Of a DNA stretch of 64,000 nt, positions 57,287 to 64,000 are shown piece by piece. The position numbers and the translations under genes were made by a program. The stretch is from positions 16,512,001-16,576,000 of the forward strand of contig CP086569.2 of the NCBI GenBank assembly GCA_009914755.4, in the 5' to 3' direction. The stretch's first letter is position 1. The number at the start of each line of letters is the position of its first letter. This DNA is from the human T2T-CHM13v2.0 reference genome, Homo sapiens. The notes under the pieces were generated by a model, which was not told where the DNA came from, did no database searches, and was given only the letters and a program-made list of their open reading frames with translations.

Positions 57287-60200
57287 GGTTTGCCATTTAT
57301 TTATGTATTTATTTATTATACTTTAAGTTGTGGGATATAAGTGCTGAATGTGCAGGTTTGTTACATAGGTATATGCACGTAATGGTGGTTTGCTGCACCC
57401 ATCAGCCCATCATCTACATTAGGTATTCCTTCTAATACTATCCCTCCCCTATGCCCCCAACCCCCAACAGGCCCCAGTGTGTGATGTTGCCCTCCCTGTG
57501 TCTACGTGTTTTCATTGCTCAACTCCCACTTACGAGTGAGAACATGCCGTGTTTGGTTTACTGTTCCTGTGTTAGTTTGCTGAAAATGATGTTTCCCAGC
57601 TTCATCCATGTCACTGCAAATGACATGAACTCCCCCTTTTTTATGGCTACATAGTATTCCATGCTGTATATGTGCCACATTTACTTTGTCCAGTTTATCG
57701 CTGATTGGCATTTGGGTTGGTTTCAAGTCTTTTCTATTGTGAACAGTGCCGCAATAAACATATGTGTGCATGTGTCTTTATAGTAGAATGATTTTTAATC
57801 CTTTAGGTATATACCCAGTAATGAGATTGCTGGGTTAAATCATATTTGTGGTTCTAGATCCTTGAGAATCACCACACTGTCTTCCATGGTGGTCAACTAA
57901 TTTACACTCCCACCAACAGTGCAAAAACTTTCCTATTTCTCCACATCCTCTTCAGCATCTGTTGTTTCCTGACATTCTAATGATCACCATTCTAAGAGGT
58001 GTGAGATGATACCACATTGTGCTTTTGATCTGCATTTCTTCAATGACCAGTGATAATGAACTTTTTCTCATATGTCTGTTGGCTGCATAAATGTCTTATT
58101 TTGAGAAGTGCCTGTTCTTATCCTTTGTCCAATCTCTGATGGTGTTGTTTTTTCTTGTAAATTTGCTTAAGTTTCTTATAGATTCCGGATATTAGCCCTT
58201 TGTCAGATGGATAGAAAGCAATAATTTTCTCCCATTCTATAAATTTACTGTTCATTCTGATGATAGTTGCTTTAGCTGTGCAGCAGCTCTTTAGTTTAAA
58301 TAGATTTCATTTGTCAATTTTGGCTTAGTTGCTGTTGCTTTTGGTGTTTTTGTTGTGAAGTTTTGGGCCATGCTTATGTCCTGAATGGTATTGCCTAAGT
58401 TTTTTTCTAGAGTTTTTATGGTTTTAGGTTTTATGTTTAAGTCTTTAATCCATCTTGAGTTAATTTTTGTATAAGGATTAAGGAAGGGGTCCAATTTTAA
58501 TTTTCTGCATATGGCCAGCCAGTTTTCCCAACATCATTTATTTAATAGGGAATTCTTTCCTCATTCCTTGTTATTGTCAGGTTTATCAAAGAACAAATGG
58601 TTGTAGATGTGTGGTATTATTTCTGGAACCTCTGTTCTTTTCCATTGGTCTCTTTATCTGTTTTGTATCAGTATCATGCTCTTTTGGTTACTGTATCCTT
58701 GAAGTTACATAGCAGAATGCCTCCAGCTTTGTTCTTTTTGCTTAGGATTGTCTTGGGTATATGGGCTCCTTTTTAGGTTCTATATGAAATTTAAAGTAGT
58801 TTTTCCTAATTCTGTTAAGAAAGTCAATGTTATATTGATGGGGATAGCATTATATGTATACATTACTTTGGGCACTATGGCCATTTTCACAATATTGATA
58901 TTTCCTATCCATGAGCATGGAAAGTTTTTCCATTTGTTTATGTCCTTTCTTATTTCCTTGAGCAGTGCTTTGTAGTTCTGCTGGAAGAGGTCCTTCATCT
59001 CCCTTGTAAGTTGTATTCCTAGCTATTTCATTCTCTGTAGCAGTTGTGAATGGGAGTTAACTCATGATTTGGCTCTCTTTCTATTATTAGCATATAGGAA
59101 TGCTTGTGATTTTTGCACATTGATTTTGTATCCTGAGACTTTGCTGAAGTTGCTTATCAGGTTAAGAAGATTTGGGGCTGAGACGATGGGGTTTTCTAAA
59201 TATACAATCATGTCATCTACAAACAGAGACAATTTGACTTCCTGTTTTCCTATTTGAATACCCTTTATTTCTTTCTCTTTCCTGGTTGCCCTGGCCAGAA
59301 CTTTCAATACTATGTTGAATAGGAATGGTGAGAGAGGTCATTCTTGTCATGTGCCAGCTTTAAAAGGGAATGCTTCCAGTTTTTACCCATTCGGTATGAT
59401 ATTGGCTATGGGTTTGTTACAAATAGTCCTTATGATTTTGATGTACATTCCATCAATATCTAGTTTATTGAACATTTTTAGCATGAAAGAGATTTAAATT
59501 TTATTGAACACCTCTTCCACATTTATTGAAATAATCATGAGTTTTTTGGTCATTGTTTCTGTTTATGTGATGGATTACATTTATTGATTTGTGCATGTTG
59601 AACCTGCCTTGCATCCCAGGGATGAAGCCAACTTGATTGTCGTGGATAAGCTTTTTGATTTGCTGCTGGATTCAGTTTGCCAGTATTTTATTGAGAATTT
59701 TTCCTTTGATGTTCATCAAATATACTGGCCTGAAATTTCCTTTTTCTATTGTGTCTCTACCAGGTTTTGGTATCAGGATAATGCTGGCCTCATAAAATGA
59801 GTTAGGGAGGATTCTTGTTGTCTATTGCTTGGAATAGTTTCAGAGGGAATAGTCCTAGCTTCTCTTTGTACCTCTCATAGAATTTGGCTGTTAATATGTC
59901 TGGACCTGGGCTTTTTTTATATCTGGTAGGCTATTACTTACTGCCTCAATTTCAAAATTTGTTATTGGTCTACTCAGGGATTCAACTTCTTCCTGGTTTA
60001 GTCTTTGGAGGGTGCATGTGTCCAGGAATTTATCCATTTCTTCTAGATTTTTAGTTTATTTGTGTAGAGTTATTTTTAGTATTCTCTGACGGTATTTCTG
60101 TGGGATCAGTGGTGACATCTTTATCATTTATTAGTGTGTCTATTTCATTCTTCTTTCTTTTCTTCTTTATTAGTCTGTTTAGTGGTCTATAAATTTTATT

Positions 60201-62495
60201 AATATTTTCAAAAAACCAGCTCCTGGATTCGTTGGTTTATTGAATGGTTTTTTCTGTCTCTATCTACTTCTGCTAATCTTAGTTATTTCTTGTCTTCTGC
60301 TAGCTTTTTAATTTTCTTGCTATTGCTTCTCTAGTTCTTATATTTGTGATATTAGGGTGTTGATTTTAGATCTTTTCTACTTTCTCCTGTGGGCTTATAA
60401 TGCTATAAATTTCCCTCTAAATGCTGCTTTAGCTATGGCCCAGAGATCCTGGTACATTTTGTCTTTGTTCTCATTTGTTTCAAATAGCTTGTTTATTTCT
60501 GCCTTAATTTTGTTATTTATCCAGTGGTCATTCAGGAGCAGGTTGTTCAGTTTCCATGTAGTCATGCAGTATTGAGTAAGTTTCTTAATCCTGAGTTTTA
60601 ATTTGATGGCACTGTGGTCTGAGAGACTGTTTGTTATGACTTTCCTTAATTGAATTTGCTATGGAGTGTTTCACTTCCAGTTATGTGGTCAATTTTAGAA
60701 TAAGTGTGATGTGTTGCTAAGAATGTATATTCTGTCAATTTTGGTTGGAGAGTTCTGTACATATCTATTAGGTTTTCTTCATCCAGAGCTCAAGTCCTGA
60801 ATATCCTTGTTAATTTTCTTTCTCATTGTTCTGTCTAATATGACAGATAGGTGTTATTGTCTTCCACTATTATTGTATGGGGGTCTAAGTATCTTTGTAG
60901 GTCTCTAAGAACTTGCTATATGAATCTGGGTTCCCTTGTATAGGGTGCGTACATACTTAAGATTGTTAGCTCTTTTTGTTACATTGATCCTTTTACCATT
61001 ATTTAATGCCATTCTTTCTTTTTATTGATCTTTGTTGGTTTAAAGTCTGTTATATCAGAGACAAGGATTGCATCTTCTGCTTTTTTTGGCTTTGCTTGGT
61101 AAATATTTCTCCATCCCTTTATTTTGAGCCTATATGTGTCTTTGCACATGAGATGGGTCTCTTGAATACAGCACACAAGTGGATCTTGACTCTATTTAAT
61201 TTGCCAGTCTATGTCTTTTAATTGAGGCAGTTAGCCCATTTACATTTAATGTTAATATTATTATGTGTGAATTTGTCCCAGTCATTATGATACTAGCTGG
61301 TTATTTTGCCATATAGTACATGCAGTTTCTTCCTAGTGTCAATGGTCTTTACATTTTGGTATGTTTTAGCTGTGGCTGGTACTGGTTTTTACTTTCCACA
61401 GTTATTACTTCCTTCAGGAGCTCTTGTAAGGTAGGACTGGTGGTGGCAAAGTCTCTCAGCATTTGGTTATCTGTAAATGATTTTAGTTTTCCTCCTCTTA
61501 TGAAGCTAAATTTGGCTGGATATGAAATCCTGGGTTGAAAATTCTTTTATTTAAGGCTGTTGAATATTGTACTCCACTTATTGGCTTGTAGGGTTTCTCC
61601 TAAGAGCTCTTCTGTTGGTCTGTGGGCTTGTCTTTGTGAGTAACGTGGCCTTTCTTTTGGCTGCCCTTAACATTTCTTTTCTTTCATTTTGAAAGGTGAA
61701 GCCTGGTGGGCTTCTGGGTCAGGTGGGGACTTGGAGAACTTTTATTTCTGGCTAAAGGATTGTAAATGCACCAATCAGCCCTCTGTGTCTAACTAAATGT
61801 TTGTAAATGCACCAATTAGCACTCTATCAAAATGGACCAATCAGCTCTCTTTAAAATGAACCAATCAGCAGTATGTGGGTGGGGCCAAATAAGGGAATAA
61901 AAGCTGGCTGCCTGAGCTAGCAGCAGCAATCTGCTTGGGTCCTCTTCCATACCGTGGAAGCTTTGTTCTTTCACTCTTCGCAGTAAATCTTGCTGCTGCT
62001 CATTCTTTGGGTCCACACTGCCTTTAAGAGCTGTAACGCTCACCGCGAAGGTATGCAGCTTCACTCCTGCAGCCAGTGAGACCACGAACCCACCAGGAGG
62101 AATGAACAACTCTGGATGTGCTGCCTTCATGAGCTGTAACACTCACCACAAGTGTCGTCAGCTTCATTCTTGAAGTCAGCGAGACCAAGAACCCACTGGA
62201 AGGAATTAATTCCAGACACAATTTCAACCTTCGTGAATCTGATGATTTTGTATCTTTGGGTTGCTCTTTTGAGGAGTATTTTTGTGGTGTTCTCTGTATT
62301 TCCTGAATTTGAATGCTGGCCTGTCTTTCTAGGTTGGGGAAGGTCTCCTGGATAATATCCTAAAGAGTGTTTTTCAACTTGGTTCTATTCTCCCCATCAC
62401 TTTCAGGTTCACCAGTCAAACATATGTTTTGTCTTTTCACATAGTTCTGTATTTCATGGAGGCTTTCTTCATTCCTTTTTATTCTTTTTCAAGAT
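57287..62495 (-). mobile_element. Old LINE-1 (L1PB/L1MA-like), antisense, about 4.7 kb of L1 sequence: 3' end at about 57287, whole ORF2 remnant, ORF1 C-terminal two-thirds, 5'-truncated within ORF1 at about 62495; interrupted by the LTR12 solo LTR at 61690-62220
   Basis: Minus-strand ORF fragments are L1 ORF2 pieces (58291-58494 [40 protein letters not shown]…; 58780-58998 …[22 protein letters not shown]…; 59062-59307 [41 protein letters not shown]…). Antisense ORF1 residues …MKEKMLRAAREKG…ETLQA… lie left of the LTR12, and …LARQANIQIQEIQ…IRFTKVE… and …ENTLQDIIQE… lie right of it, so the L1 is contiguous across the insertion. Confidence 0.85.
61690..62220 (+). mobile_element. Solo LTR of the HERV9 LTR12 family (531 bp, possibly a short LTR12F-like subfamily), TG…CA termini, 4 bp TSD ATTT (61686-61689 and 62221-62224), inserted in the ORF1 region of the old L1
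   Basis: Repeated CCAAT-box motifs (gcaccaatcagc x4) and the tandemly repeated 3' region gagctgtaacNctcaccNcNaag…cagcttcaNtNNtgNagNcagNgagaccaNgaacccac…, ending …ggaattaattccagacaca as in LTR12 consensus ends. Confidence 0.7.
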
Positions 62496-64000
62496 TAGAT
62501 TTGCTATTTAGTTCAGAACATTTAACTTTAAAATTTCACACAAATGGAAAAAAAGAAATTCTTTAATTTCTCCCAGCAACTGCAGGGAAAACCACACATT
62601 ATTTCTGGGTTTTAAACACCACCATGAACACCACTGTATTTCTTTTCATCACAGAGGATTATTATTGATGGTGGCCCTTCTGCTGGAAATAAAAATTGTC
62701 TTCTGGTTATTTCACAGTAGCCCATGATATTAGATGTCAGTTTGGATGCTGGAATGATTGCTGATAGCTCTCTCATTCTAGCATGAGGGACAAGACAGTA
62801 GCAGTGCTGCCTTCTGTGTCTAAACTGAGCTCAATTCAGGGATCTCCTTTGAAACACTTTCTGTTAGTTCTGTTGGCCCATGGAAGAATCTACTAATATG
62901 GGTCTTTCCAGAGAACACAGATACATTACTATAGTTCATTGACAGGAAATTATCTTGGATGCAGTGAGTCTCCCAGGGCAATTTCAGAACACAAGAGTCT
63001 ATTCTGAATTTACCCTTCCCTTGACCTTTCATCAGTTTGTTGAAACATCTTTATTTCCCTCAGATTTGGATAAATTAAATAACCTAGTGACAGCACTGGA
63101 GAAAACTTCTGGAAATGCAGGCAATAAAGTGTCAAATGCAAGCAGTCATCAATAGAACCAGCCATCCACCCCCAGCTTGATGCATCTAAGAGCACTGTAT
63201 GTAGTTTTTGCATGTATTTAATAATATTTTTTTCCGATGTTTATCGAGGCTCCACCAATGGTAAGAAATGCCTTGGAGACTGCAGCTTTGATATTCTGCA
63301 GTTGTATTTAAGGATAACATAATATATAAATGGTATATTCCATATTAAAAGGTCTCCTTGAGTTCCATCAGACATTTTTTCAGAAGAAATAGAAGGCAGA
63401 AAAATGTTAGATGAGGAAGTTATGTGGGTGACAAGAGGCTTTCTTAGCTCTTCGTTGTTGTCTGCGAAAGAATTCCACCTAAATTAATACTGTTAAATGG
63501 ATTTTCCTTTCCATTAACAGACACACTGTTAATGTAGCCTTGATAATCAAGGCACTCAAAACTGTAAGACTCTAATTACTTCTTGTTTGAAAAGGCTAAT
63601 AAATGTTCTGTATTCATATTTAGAATAAAAGATTGGATTTGCACATTTTATCTTACCATTAATATAGCACAAATAAACATTTTCATTCTTTATAAATCTA
63701 TGTATCAGCCCAGTTTTAGCTACTGACCTTGACTATAAGTTAATGGCTTTTAATATGTAGCATGCCAGCGTGGATTGCAAAGCTTTTTATTCCTTAGGAA
63801 AGAGTGTTTGTGAAGGAGTGGTGGGGATGGATGATGTATTAATTATCTTTTGTTGCACAACAAATAGTCAAAGAGTTAGTAACTTAAATCGTCTTTCTTT
63901 CTTTCTTTCACGGCTTCTTCAATGAAGGTGTCAGTAAGTAGTGCTCTCAAACTGAACACTTGGATGGGGAAGAAGCTGATTTCAATCTCCATTGAATTGA

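Overview
This window is catarrhine-primate (most likely human) nuclear DNA, not prokaryotic. It is AT-rich and dominated by interspersed repeats. I can find no protein-coding gene, RNA gene, CRISPR array or operon-like system, and no evidence for a novel biological system. Every long ORF in the six-frame track sits inside LINE-1, THE1 or LTR sequence and is a decayed transposon ORF. The main structures are listed below; exact boundaries are approximate to about 10-20 bp. (1) A 13.5 kb head-to-tail LINE-1 block at 4863-18345. It consists of a near full-length L1PA-type element with a long composite 5'UTR (4863-11567), followed by an older L1PB-like element (11568-18345). The older element is split by a nested, 5'-truncated younger L1 (15078-16248) flanked by a 13-15 bp target-site duplication. 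(2) A 1.25 kb young-looking L1 insertion on the minus strand at 39210-40459, with an inverted 5' segment (twin-priming signature) and a perfect 14 bp TSD. (3) A 4.7 kb old L1 on the minus strand (57287-62495) whose ORF1 carries a solo HERV9-type LTR12 insertion (61690-62220, TG...CA ends, 4 bp TSD). (4) A complete THE1 (MaLR) element with LTR, internal region and LTR, plus a 5 bp TSD (22304-24616), and a solo THE1/MST LTR (32520-32931). (5) At least 19 Alu or Alu-derived copies, several MLT1-type LTR fragments and MIR fragments. (6) A relatively GC-rich non-repeat segment (about 31000-32520) containing a roughly 70 bp x 4 minisatellite, and a 21 bp x 3 hairpin-containing tandem repeat at 18543-18610. 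All findings are transposon-architecture and local-repeat observations.
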